Assembly: GCF_006345805.1 (NCBI RefSeq)
Contig: NC_043010.1
Location: 62,496,001 to 62,560,000, forward strand
Length of the DNA: 64,000 nt
From: Octopus sinensis
Taxonomy: Eukaryota
Direction: 5' to 3'
A model generated the notes under the pieces. The model searched no databases and was not told the DNA's origin. It saw nothing but the letters and a program-made list of their open reading frames with translations. The position numbers and the translations under genes were made by a program. This document shows, piece after piece, positions 27,382 to 40,324 of the stretch; within the stretch, counting starts at the first letter, position 1; each line of letters starts with the position of its first letter.

Positions 27382-28041
27382 TATATAAGTGTTTCTTTCC
27401 TGACACATTTGTCTGTTCTGAACAGTTTTATATACAACCCCAAATGATTGCTGGCGACAGAGACGATTTGGGTTTTTTTACACTGTCTAAAGAGAAATAA
27501 AGTCCTCGAAGCAGAATAATCTGTTGCAGGACACCTGTTATGATATAAAATCACGTATATCTCATAATTTATATGTATACCTGTATACCTGTGTGTTTGT
27601 GCAAGTCAGATGTTAGCTCTTTCCATCAATTCTTTCTGTCTATATACTTATGTTGCACCTTCAAATAATCCATAATTCTATGAACAACTGGAGAATTTTG
27701 GTGGAAAAAATGCCTCATCAAAACTAATTAATGATGTACTCTGAGGACTGTGTGTGTGCCATATTACTGAGTATGTATGTGTCATAATGCCAAGAGTGTA
27801 TGTTCTCAAGAAGTGATCTTCATGTTGATACTTTATGATAGTTTTTCAAAGTAAAGCTCTTTCATCAAATTGATTATATAAGAGTGTTTCTCAACACAGT
27901 TTATTGCTCTGAGCAGTTTTAAATCCAGCCCCAAGTGACTACTTGTCACAGAAGTGGTGCTATCTTTTTTACATTGCCTGATGAGAGAGAAAGTCCTTGA
28001 AACAGAACATTCTGTAATAGGAGACTTGCTATGAGATAAAA
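27382..28041 (+). repeat. Two diverged direct repeats of about 165 nt (27382-27551, 27875-28041), each containing a hammerhead-like fold
   Basis: Copy 2 reads CTGATGA gag…ctt GAAAC aga acat tct GTA. Copy 1 reads ctgt CTAAAGA ga…tc GAAGC aga ataa tct GTT gcag. Flanking sequence aligns between the copies. Confidence 0.55.
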
Positions 28042-29450
28042 TCCAAAGAATGGTGTTTATGTCATGTATCAGACTCAATAAATTTTCCAAATTATTTGGA
28101 AATAACACAGACGCAACCCATTTCCAGTACGGTTGTTTGGAGTTGAATGCCTGGATGAGGTAAACATAACATAGAAGAATGACTTCAGTGAGGATGAATT
28201 AAAGAGTTTCACCCGTGCCAGTGACACGTAAAAAGCACCATCCGAACGTGGCAGATGCCAGTGCCGCCTGACTGGCATCCATGTCGATGACACGTAAAAG
28301 CAACAACTGACTGTGGCTGTTTGCCAGCCTCCTCTGGCCCCTGAGCTGGTGGCACGTAAAAAGCACCCACTACACTCTCGGAGTGGTTGGCATTAGGAAG
28401 GGCATCCAGGTGTAGAAACACTGCCAGATCAGACTGGAGCCTGGTGCAGCCTCCTGGATTCCCAGACCCCAGTCAAAATGTCCAACCTATGCTAGCATGG
28501 AAAGCGGATGTTAAACGATGATGATGATGATGGTGATTATTTCTTTACTGCCCACAAGGGGCTACACACAGAGGGGACAAACAAGGACACACAAACGGAT
28601 TAAGTCGATTATATCGACCCCAGTGTGTAACTGGTACTTATTTAATCGACCTTTGAAAGCTATAGTAGATGACACTTGTCCAAGGTGCCACGCAGTGGGA
28701 CTGAACCCGGAACCATGAGGTTGGGAAGCAAGCTACTTACCACAAAGCTATTCTTGCACCATATATACATATACATATATATACACATACATATATATAT
28801 ATAATAACAATTTAATAAATAAAACATATGCATACATACATACATATATGTGCAAACCTACATCTATATGTATATATACATGCATATATGAGTACAGGAC
28901 ACCACAAATAAACGTAGAACACAATGAGAAATGAAAACATAAAACCAAACAAGGAAACAGACTTTTTTTAACAACGGAAAAACAGAATACAAGACAAACA
29001 ACACAAGGAACATTCCCCTTCTTCAGCTGCCCCTGTTTCGACTCAATGTGTATTTTGTAAGTTTTATATATATATATATATATATGGTTCCGGGTTCAGT
29101 CCCACTGTGTGGCACCTTGGGCAAGTGTCTTCTGCTATAGCCTCGGGCCGACCAAAGTCTTGTGAGTGGATTTCGTAGACGGAAACTGAAAGAAGCCCGT
29201 CGTATATATGTATATATATATATATGTGTGTGTATATGTTTGTGTGTCTGTGTTTGTCCCCCCAACATCACTTGACAACCGATGCTGGTGTGTTTACGTC
29301 ACCGTAACTTAGCGGTCCGGCAAAAGAGACCGATAGAATAAGTACTAGGCTTACAAAGAATAAGTCCTGGGGTCGATTTGCTCGATTAAAGGCGGTGCTC
29401 CAGCATGGCCACAGTCAAATGACTGAAACAACTAAAAGAGTAAAAGAGTA

Positions 29451-29482
<32 letters not shown>

Positions 29483-31977
29483 TAAGGGTCGCCTCTTTTG
29501 TGTTTAAATGTACACTAATTTTATATATATATATATATATGTATGTACATATATATATGTATGTATGTACGTATATATATGTATCTATGTATGTATATAT
29601 ATATATATATTTATGTATGTATGCACATTCTTTTATTGTTTTACTCATTTCAGTCATTTGACTGTGGCCATGCTGGAGCATGGCCTTTTACTCAAACAAA
29701 TTGACCCCAGGACTTGTACTTCATCTATCGGTATCTTTTGCCGAACTGCTAAGTTGCGGGGACACAAACACATCAGCATAAATTGTCAAGCAATGATGGG
29801 GGGGGGGGGAAACACAGATACACAAATACACACTTAAATATGTGTATACATGGCTGTGAACCCAGAGCCATGTGGTTGGGAAGCAAGCTTCTTACCACAC
29901 AGCCACGCCTGTATCTATATATACACATCATCATCATCATCATCATCGTTTAACGTCCGTTTTCCGCGCTAGCATGGGTTGGACGGTTTGACCGGGGTCT
30001 GGGAAGCCAGGGGCTGCACCAGGCTCCGGTCTGATCTGGCAGTGTTTCTACAGCTGGATGTCCTTCCTAACGCCAACCACTCCGCGAGTGTAGTGGGTGC
30101 TTTTTACGCGCCACTGGTACAGGTGCCAGGGGAGTCTGGCATCGGCCATGATCGGTTGGTGCTTTTAACGTGCCACCGGCATGGAAGCCAGCCAAGGCAG
30201 CACTGGCATCGGCCACGTTTGGATGGTGCTTTTTATGTGCCACCGGCACAGAAGCCAGTCGAGGCGGCGCTGGCATCACACACACACACACACATACATA
30301 ACAGTTTACTAAATTCACTGAGTTTCCGTCTGCTAAATTCCCTCTCAAAGTACAGAATGGTTGGCCCAGGGCTGTAGTAGAAGATATTTGTCCAAGGTGC
30401 CATGCAATGGAATTGAACCTGAAACCGTCTGTGACTGCAAAGTGAGCTTCTTAACCACACACCCTTACTTGTGTCTAATATACTTAGGATGCTCAAACAG
30501 AATGGGTTCAGTGTCCTATGAACACCATTTGGGGACCGTTTTTAAGGGAGTGGAATTAGGGCAGTAAGGGCACTGGTGTAGCCAGAATGAGTGCTGCCCA
30601 GATTTCATTTACTTGTTTCAGTCATTAGACTGTGGCCATGCTGGGGCACCATTTTGTAGAATTTTTAGTCAAGTGATTTGACCTGAGTACTTAACTTTTT
30701 AAAGTCTGGTACATATTCTATCAGTCTATTTTGTCGAACTGCTAAGTTACAGGAACATAAACACACCAACACTGGTTGTCAAGTAGCAGGGTGGAGACAA
30801 AGACAGACACAAACACACACACACACACACACACCACACACCACACACTCATGCACGCATATATATATATGATGGGCTTCTTTCAGTTTCCTATTTCTTT
30901 ATTGCCCATAAGGGGCTAAACATAGATGGGACAAACAAGGACAGACAAAGGAATTAAGTCAATTACATCGACCCAGTGCATAACTGGTACTTAATTTATC
31001 GACCCCGAAAGGATGAAAGGCAAAGTCAACCTCAGCGGAATTTGAACTCAGAATGTAGTGGCAGACAAAATACCGCTAAGCATTTCGCCCGGTGTGCTAA
31101 CGTTTCTGCCAGCTCGCCGCCTTGACTCATATATATATGCACGCATATATATATATATGATGGGCTTCTTTCAGTTTCCATCTACGAAATCAACTCACAA
31201 GGCTTTGGTCAGCCCAAGGCTATAGTAGAAGACACTTACCCAAAAGTCCCACCCACGCAAGATGGGCCACTCCCATCACCACCCACCCCCACTGCACTAC
31301 TGAGTCAATCTGTTGTGCTACAACAGGTGTAGCTGATGTAATTTTAACTTAAATGCATGCATTTTGATTGATAGACAAAGAAACCAGTGTTCATCATTTG
31401 TGGGTGTGGCTATGATGAATAGTAATTTCTGTTTGTCTGGTTTTAAAAGAAAATTAGTGGTCATCCACTTGTAGCTGGTGTTATTTATGGTAGGAGGAGT
31501 TAAAGGAATGGATTTTGTTTGTGGGTGTGTCTATTATGATGAGAAGTCAATGGTTCTGTTTGACTGGCTTCTAAGACCATGAGTGGTCATCACCTGTTCA
31601 TTGATGTTGCTAAGAACAAAACAAACAAAAAACGTTTATAAGAAGAGGCATGGTATTAATTTGTGGATGGGTGTGGTTTAAGTTTGAGTTAACAAGTTCT
31701 GCTTAGCCAGCTTATTATAATAATAGGAGTGGTCATCACTCATGGTTGGTATTATAGTAGGAGGAGTCAAATTTTTCTGGCTTGTGTTCACTGGTGAAAG
31801 TTGTAAAAATGGGTGTCAACAATTTCTGCTAAATTGGTTAACAATAATGCCATGTGTTGTGGGATTGGTTTAATTAGTTTTAATTAATTTTTGATTGGTT
31901 TTGTAACTTGTCAAAATATGACACTGAATGGAGAAAATTTGTGAAATAATTAGAAAGGTCACGAACTTTTCCCACAT

Positions 31978-32022
<45 letters not shown>

Positions 32023-32611
32023 CACACTTGCATACACACATACATACATACCTCTGCACACTAAGGTGCACTTATATATACAAACATGTATACATGCGTT
32101 TACACAAACTGACACACACACATGGGAGCAGACACATACACATGCTCTCGTATACTTATACATATACCCACACACATACATACATATGCAAGCACACTTT
32201 CATACATACATAAAATTCACATGCACACACACACACTCACACAAATGTATTAACACATACACACATTACATAAGCTTACATGCACGCATGCACACTCATA
32301 CCTACACACACACACACACACACACCATTATCCAGAAATAAGTAAAAAGAAACCCAACAAAAGTAAAAAATTTATTTCTGACAACCTTATGGCTTTTGTT
32401 TTAAAATCACTTCAAATAATTTACAATCATCATCATGGCACCTGTGTCGGTGGCACATAAACGCACCCACTACACTCTCGGAGTGGTTGGCGTTAGGAAG
32501 GGCATCCAGCTGTAGAAACACTGCCAGATCTGACTGGCCTGGTGCAGCCTTCGGGCTTCCCAGACCCCAGTTGAACCGTCCAACCCATGCTAGCATGGAA
32601 AGCGGACGTTA

Positions 32612-33490
32612 ATGTCTGTTTCCCATGCTGGCATGGGTTGGACAGTTTGGCAGAGGTCTGGAGAGCCAGCAGTTGTACCAGGCTCTCCAATCCGATCTGG
32701 CAATGTTTCAACAGCTGGATGCCCTTCCTAATGCCAACCACTCCGAGAGTGTAGTGGATGCTTTTTACGTGCCACCGGCACAGGAGCCAGTCAGGCTGGC
32801 CTGGCATCAATCCTGTTCGGATAGTGCTTTTTGCGTGCTGCAGACACAGGAGCTAGTCAGGGGAACCTAGCATTGATCACATTCAGATGGTGCTTTTTTT
32901 GTGCCACTGGCACAAGAACCAGTCAGTGGGTGCTCGCATCGACCATGATCAGTTGGTACTTTTTACATGCTACCAGCACAGGAGCCAGTCAGGTGGACCT
33001 GGCATCAACCACATTCAGATGGTGCTTTTTACATGTAGCCAGCACGGGAACCAGTCACGCAGCACTGGCCACAGCTACGATATTGGTTTTACTTGACTCA
33101 ACAGGTCTTCTCAAGCATATCATATCACCTGATGCGTCAGGGATATTCTTAACAGGGCTGAACATGCGTAGCTGCGATCTCACTAAAGTTGCAGGGTCTT
33201 CTCAATCACCGCATATCTCCAAAGGTCCCGGTTTCCTGTCATTGCCTCTGTGAGGCCCAATGTTCAAAGGTCATGCTTCACCACCTCATCCCATGTCTTC
33301 ATGGGTCTATCTCTTCCACAGGTTCCTTCTACAGTTAGGGAGTGGCACTTCCTCACACAGCTGTCTTTATATGTAACGCATGGCCATACCAGTGCAGACG
33401 CCTCTTTTGCACACCACATTTGATGCTTCTTATGCCCAACTTTTCTCTCAGGGCACTTACACTCTGTCATGTATGCACAATGACCTTTCG
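32612..33490 (-). mobile_element. RTE-clade LINE 3' end
   Basis: DSCVRKCHSLTVEGTCGRDRPMKTWDEVVKHDL*TLGLTEAMTGNRDLWRYAVIEKT, followed by tandemly repeated 3' UTR units and the family R tail. Confidence 0.85.
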
Positions 33491-33789
33491 ACAATAAAAA
33501 GAAAAAAAAACAAATTAATCTGTAAAACTAGCAGTGGTCAGTGGCTTAAACTTGGATTAAGTCTATTTTTCACTGGGAAAAGTGAAATATATGGGTTTGG
33601 AGCTGAACAAAAACATTTTTTTTAGAAGTAGCTGTGTGGTAAGTAGCTTGCTTACCAACCATATGGTTCTGGGTTCAGTCCCACTGCGTGGCACCTTGGG
33701 CATGGGTCTTCTACAATAGCCTCAGGTCGACCAAAGCCTTGTGAGTGGATTTGGTAGATGGAAACTGAAAGAAGTCCGTCGTATATATG

Positions 33790-33833
<44 letters not shown>

Positions 33834-33840
33834 CATATAT

Positions 33841-33899
<59 letters not shown>

Positions 33900-33920
33900 A
33901 TATGTATGTATGTATGTATG

Positions 33921-33951
<31 letters not shown>

Positions 33952-35106
33952 GTGTGTATATATATATATATGTCTCTGTGTGTGTATGTGTATATGTTTA
34001 TGCGTCTATGTTTGTCCCCCCCAAAATTGCTTGAGAACCAATGCTGATGTGTTTACATCCCCGTGACCTAGTGGGTCAGCAAAAGAGACCAATAGAATAA
34101 GTACTAGGCTTACAAAAAATAAGTCCTGGGGTCAATTTGCTCGACTAAAGGCAGTGCTCCAGCATGGCCACAATCGAATGACTGGAACAAGTAAAAGAAT
34201 AAGAGAATAAAAGAATAACCCATTTTGCTTCTGTACATCTGTTGAAATACACTGTTTTTGTTTTAATTAATTTGGAAAGGTGCAGGAGTGGCTGTGTGGT
34301 AAGTAGCTTGCTTACGAACCACATGGTTCCGGGTTCAGTCCCACTGCGTGGCACCTAGGGCAAGTGTCTTCTACTATAGCCTTGGGCCGACGAAAGCCTT
34401 CTGAGTGGATTTGGTAGACAGAAACTGAAAGAAGCCTGTCGTATATATGCATATATATGTGTGTGTGTGTGTTTGTCTATGTTTGTCCCCATAACATCGC
34501 TTGACAACCGATGCTGGTGTGTTTACGTCCCCGTAACTTAGTGGTTCGGCTAAAGAGACCGATAGAATAAGTACTAGGCTTACAAAGAATAAGTCTTGGG
34601 GGTCGATTTGCTCGACAAAAGGCAGTGCTCCAGCATGGCCGCAGTCAAATGACTGAAACAAGTAAAAGAGTAAAGTAACGAAGACTTCTCTAGAATAATT
34701 TGGTCATTGTTTACTCTGCAGAGTAATTTCCGGCCTCAGTGCATTTGAACTGCAAGGTGACCAAACCAGTGACGGTGTTAGGTAAAAAGCACCCGGTCAA
34801 CACCGTAAAGTGGTTGGCATTTGGAAAGGCGTTCAGCAGTAAAAACAATACCCAAGCAGACCCTGGAGCTCAATGCAGTCCCTGGACACATCAGTTCTTG
34901 TCAAACCTTCCAACCGATGCCAGCATGGAACATGGATATTAAATGGGGATGATGACCATGTTGTGTGCACGTAGAGATATATTTTCATATGATGGGCTCC
35001 ATGGTTGTTGAGACCTTCCTTAGCATGAGACCAGTGGTGGCCTTAATACACGAATTAAGAATCTTCATCCACCAATGCAGTATTTAGCACTCATTCTCAC
35101 AGTTCA

Positions 35107-35410
35107 ATACACACACACACACATACACACCCGCGCACACACACACTCAAACACACACACACACATACAAACACACATACACACACATACAAACACACAC
35201 ACATACACACACATACAAACACACACATACACACTCATACAAACCCACACACATACACACACACTCAAACAAACACACACACAGACACACACATACACAC
35301 ACACAAACACACACATACACACACTCAAACACACACACACACACACATACACACACTCAAACACACACACACACACACACATACACACACTCAAACACAC
35401 ACACACAAAC
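35107..35410. repeat. (CA)n-derived complex microsatellite
   Basis: Direct reading. Source of the HT/CV pseudo-ORFs. Confidence 0.9.
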
Positions 35411-35736
35411 TATACTTTTGAAATGTGTTTATTAGCAAGGAGGAACGAGAATCTTCTCATTCAGAAGAGAAATAATTACCAGCAATACCAGGAGTGTGAC
35501 CCTTTTGATACTAACTCTCCTAAAATCACCCCTGGTTCTATAAAGTAAGCTTTGGGTTTCAAAGTGATTTAAATTAAAGACCTTCCATGAAAATCTTATG
35601 TTGATTTATGTTCCAAGCATTAATTAATATTGATAGTCATTTTACTAAAAAATTCTAAATTTTCAAAATTAATTTAAACAAACACAGAATATTTCAAAAC
35701 AAATCTAGTGATGTAAAGGTTAAGAAATCAACTTAA

Positions 35737-36190
35737 CCCTTTCATTACTATATTTCTGTTGAGATGCTCTGCGTTTCTTTCAATTAATTTTAAATATAAC
35801 AATCATCATCATCATCGTTTAGCGTCCGCTTTCCATGCTAGCATGGGTTGGACAGTTCAACTGGGGTCTCGGAAGCCAGAAGGCTGCACCAGGCCCAGTT
35901 TGATCTGGCAATGTTTCTTCGGCTGGATGCCCTTCCTAACGCCAACCACTCCATGAGTGTAGTGGGTGCTTTTTACGTGCCACCGGCACAGGTGCCAGAC
36001 GAGTCTGGCAAACGGCCACGATCGGATGGTGCTTTTTATGTGCCACCGGCACGGGGGCCAGTTGGTTATCATTCAGCTAGTGATAGGAACATAAATTGTG
36101 ACTAAGGTTTGGTGGAAGATTTTAATTAAAAACTTATGAAAACAAGACATTTGTACAGAGGCAGTTTCAGGAGGATTGGTATCAAAAGGG
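35737..36190. mobile_element. piggyBac-like MITE (family of 821/1074) interrupted by a minus-strand family R element (about 35803-36062)
   Basis: TTAA|ccc at 35733-35737 and ggg|TTAA at 36190-36194. Both halves align to the 1074-1294 copy. Confidence 0.8.
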
Positions 36191-36522
36191 TTAATCTCCT
36201 TCAGATTTGTCATATCTGATTGCAGGAGTAAGCTGACTTTTACATCAACCGAGTTATCATCCTTATCAACATTCTACATCTACTTTTCCATGCTTGCATG
36301 GGTCAGATAGAATTTGTAGAGGCAGATTTTTCCACAGCCAGACACCCTTCCTGTTACCACCTCTCACCTGTTTCCAAACAATGTAATATTTTTCCTATGG
36401 CCAGACACGGGGAGATATAATGTTATTAAGGAACAGGTGAGAGATGACAACGTCAAGATAAGGGCACACATGTACACACATGCATACATACACACGTGTG
36501 TGTATATATATATATATATATA

Positions 36523-36713
36523 TGATGGACCGTTAGCTCCTACATGCATTTTTTTCTCTCCTTGTTTCTTTTCTGTGTATCTTTCTGTCGAAGAGCGTAG
36601 GCTCGAAACGTAAAAGACTTGTTCTATTTCTATTCCTGAGCAACATACTCATACAATTGTTTGTTTGTACTCCACCTGCCTTCGTCTTTTGTTTATTTTC
36701 GTAAACCTTCCCG

Positions 36714-36715
<2 letters not shown>
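36523..36715 (+). mobile_element. Penelope-like non-autonomous repeat within (TA)n, with a minimal hammerhead-like fold at 36580-36617
   Basis: tcttt CTGTCGA a gagc gtag gctc GAAAC GT A aaaga. Helix I is tcttt/aaaga, helix II is gagc/gctc, and helix III is the ACGT palindrome. (TA)n lies on both sides. Confidence 0.6.
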
Positions 36716-36754
<39 letters not shown>

Positions 36755-37329
36755 GAAGCAAGCTTCTTACCACACAGCCACACCTGTATATATATAAACA
36801 AATCTGCATTTTCTATGATAAAAACAACAATATGAAATTATAGTTCTTAAATCTGATGGAGAGGTGTAACAAGGTACATTGGTGTAATTATAGCACTCTT
36901 GTCATGAAAGCATAGAGGTGTGGGTTGAAGTCCCACACATACAGAAAACCCTACCTTTTTTTTTCCCATCAAGGACTTATATTGCTCCCAAATTAGACTA
37001 TTTTCTTCAGTCAATAATCCAGTGTTCGCTTAAAAGCTTCAAGCTAATGAAATATTATTATTCTTTTCTCCTCTAGGCACAAGACCCAAAATTTTAGGGG
37101 AGGGAGCCAGTTGATTAGATCAACCCAGTATGCACCTGGTACTTAATTTATCGACCCCAAAACAATGAAAGGCAAAGTCAACCTCAGCGGAATTTGGACT
37201 CAGAATGTAAAGACAGACAAAATACCGCTAATCATTCTGCCAGATTGCCAGCTTTTAAAATAATAGTAAACCTTTCAGCTAAAGGCACAAGGCCTGAAAT
37301 TTTGGGGAAGGGGACAAGCTGATTATATT

Positions 37330-37980
37330 GACCCCAGTGTTTCACTGGCACTTAATTTATCTATTTCAAAAGGATGAAAGGCAAAGTGGACCTCGGTGGA
37401 ATTTGAACTCAGAATGTAAAGACAGACAAAATACTGCTAAGCATTTCGCCTGGTGTGCTAAGAATTCTTATTTCTTTATTGCCCACAAGGGGCTAAACAT
37501 AGAGGGGACAAACAAGGACAGACAAAGGGATTAAGTTGATTACATCGACCCCAGTGCATAACTGGTACTTATTTAATAAGGCGGCAAGCTGGCAGAAACG
37601 TTAGCACGCCGGGCGAAATGCGTAGCCGTACTTCGTCTACCGTTATGTTCTAAGTTCAAATTCCGCCGATGTCGACTTTACCTTTCATCCTTTCGGGGTC
37701 GATAAATTAAGTACCAGTTACGCACTGGGGTCGATATAATCGACTTAATCCGTTTGTCTGTCCTTGTTCGTCCCCTCTGTGTTTAGCCCCTTGTGAGTAG
37801 TAAACAAATAGATTACATCGACCCCAGTGCATAACTGGTACTTATTTAATCGACCCCGAAAGGATGAAAGGCTAAGTCGACCTCGGTGGAATTTGAACTC
37901 AGAACGTAAAGACAGATGAAATAGTGCTAAGCATTTCGCCTGGCATGCTAACGTTTCTGCCAGCTTGCTGCCTTTATGTC
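37330..37980. mobile_element. Cluster of SINE family C copies in alternating orientation
   Basis: Minus copies near 37330-37465 and 37810-37975, plus copy near 37577-37800. Confidence 0.8.
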
Positions 37981-39061
37981 TGTATATTGTTAGAGCACAG
38001 ATGGCTAAATGAGTAAAGCACAACGAAATTAGCACAGAGATCAATAGTTTCTATACTCTCACCAACACACTTTTGTATCCATGGCCAGGACATTTACCTC
38101 TCTGATGGACTGGTCCATCTATCTATAAAAGAGGTAGCACAGGGTAGGAACATCTTGCCATTCCAAGCAGCTGTAGCAATAGAGTAAAACTGACAATTAT
38201 TTAGCTTAGAGAGCTGAGTTCAATCTCTCTTAAAGAGCAAGGCTATCCTGATAGCATTACAATCCCTTGGGAAGAGCAATACACACGGCCCCTAAATACT
38301 AGGACCTCTAGGCTACAATCTTCTAGAGTTATGGGATTCCTGGGTAACTTGCCCAGTGAGCCCAAGCCTTAAGGATGGTTGGTTGATGATGATGATGATT
38401 TATATATATATGTGTGTGTATGTATTTTTAAAATTCTTTTATTTGTTTCAGTCATTGGGCTGCAGCCATCCTGGGGCACTGCCTTTAGTCAACAAATTGA
38501 CCCCAGGACTTATGCTTTGTAAGCCAAGTACCTATTCTATTGGTCTCTTTTGCTGAACTGCTAAGTTATGGAAATGTAAACACACCAGCATAGGTTGTCA
38601 AGCAATGATGGGGGGACAAACACACGCCGTTCGCCAGCCTCGTCTGGCACCTGTGTCGGTGGCACATAAAATCACCCACTACACTCTCGGAGTGGTTGGC
38701 GTTAGGAAGGGCATCCAGCTGTAGAAACACTGCCAGATCTGACTGGCCTGGTGCAGCCTTCGGCTCCCAGACCCCAGTTGAACCGTCCAACCCATGCTAG
38801 CATGGAAAACGGACGCTAAATGATGATGATGATGATGATGATATATATATACAACAGGCTTCTTTCAGTTTCCATCTACCAAATCTACTTACAGGGGTTT
38901 GGTTGGCCTGAGGCTATAGCAGAAGACATTTACCTAAGTTGCCATGCAGTGGGACTGAACCTGGAACAATGTGGTTGGGAAGCAAACTTCTTACCACACA
39001 GCCACTCCTGCACCTAAATGTCTGCATATCTTTTATATGTATGTATGTGTGTGTGTATGTA

Positions 39062-39105
<44 letters not shown>

Positions 39106-39139
39106 GGACACCGGTTTTTCATAGTGTCTATTGCCATTA

Positions 39140-39198
39140 ATAGCTGACGAGAATGCATGGTAGCGCTTCGCTCCGACATTCAAAACTCTGAGTACTAT
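39140..39198 (+). ncRNA. Type I hammerhead fold with a G12A core mutation
   Basis: atag CTGACGA gaatg…cattc AAAAC tctga GTA ctat. Helix I is atag/ctat and helix II is gaatg/cattc. Confidence 0.6.
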
Positions 39199-39394
39199 AA
39201 TGACAACAACTTACTGATTGTCCCAAATTATACATACATACATACATACATATATATATGAGAGGTATTGATATCCAGAAGACCGAAGGTGGTAGGTGAC
39301 ACTGTATAAGTGCTATGGAAGGACTGTAGTTAAACTCTCAGTTCAATAATGATACAAGTGAGGAATCTAATGCAGGTCTTGTATGAGTATATAT

Positions 39395-39700
39395 ATGTTA
39401 AATAAAATGAGACAACAGAGTCAAGGCTGTGCAGAATTTTCAGGACATTTATAAGGAGAAAGTTAGTCTTAGGAACCAAATAAGGAGTATATTTCCCTTT
39501 ATACTCCTTATTTGATTCCTTTTCCAAAATAACTCCTCATATTAAACTCTTATACTTCCCTCTATTTAACCATCTCACATCATCTCTGATGAAGGGATAT
39601 CCCTAATATCCCAGAAACAGCTGTAAGACTAACTTTCTCCTTATAAATGTCCTGAAAATTCTGTACAGCCTTGGCTCTGTTGACCCATTTTATTTAACAT
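39395..39700 (+). mobile_element. Penelope-like fold-back element with 77-nt inverted arms, an internal hairpin and a hammerhead at 39583-39628
   Basis: Arms 39395-39471 and 39624-39700 differ at 4 positions. The hammerhead reads tct CTGATGA a gggata tccctaa tatccc a GAAAC agct GTA aga. Confidence 0.7.
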
Positions 39701-40324
39701 GTACATATATATATATATAATAAATTAGAGAAAAACCACTATTATGTAATTTAAACAATGATAAACATAAGCCATATCATATAGAAAAAATAAAATATAT
39801 TATAAAACATATATCTAGATCACAAAAAGTACATAATAATGAATAAACATTATATAATAAGTAAAAAGATTACGTATGTTTCGTGGCTATAACTTCAATT
39901 CGAATTACAATTAAATTTAAATTTAGTCCAAAAATAATTCAATTTAAATGTATAGTCACTCCTTAGGTCAACAATAATAACAACAGTAGTTAAATAAATA
40001 CATATTTTTAATAAATAATCAAATAGAATTAGACACTATTTCTTAAAGAAATAAAAGCACGATTCTTCTTATAGAAGAAACTCCGTTAACTAAATTTGAA
40101 ACTTAAAAAGTAGGACCATGTGTCTGTAATACATTTATCATGTTAAAAATCTAAGGTAAAAAAAAATAGAGTAAATAGATAGAAATATGTATTTTAGCTG
40201 TGAAGATATATTTGAGATATAAGATAGCTTTGAGAATTATTTTAACAAAGTATAGTATAACTTTACTGGAAAATTAAGAGTCCAATTGGTGAAATTTATA
40301 TGATAATTGATTTAAATTGGGCAA

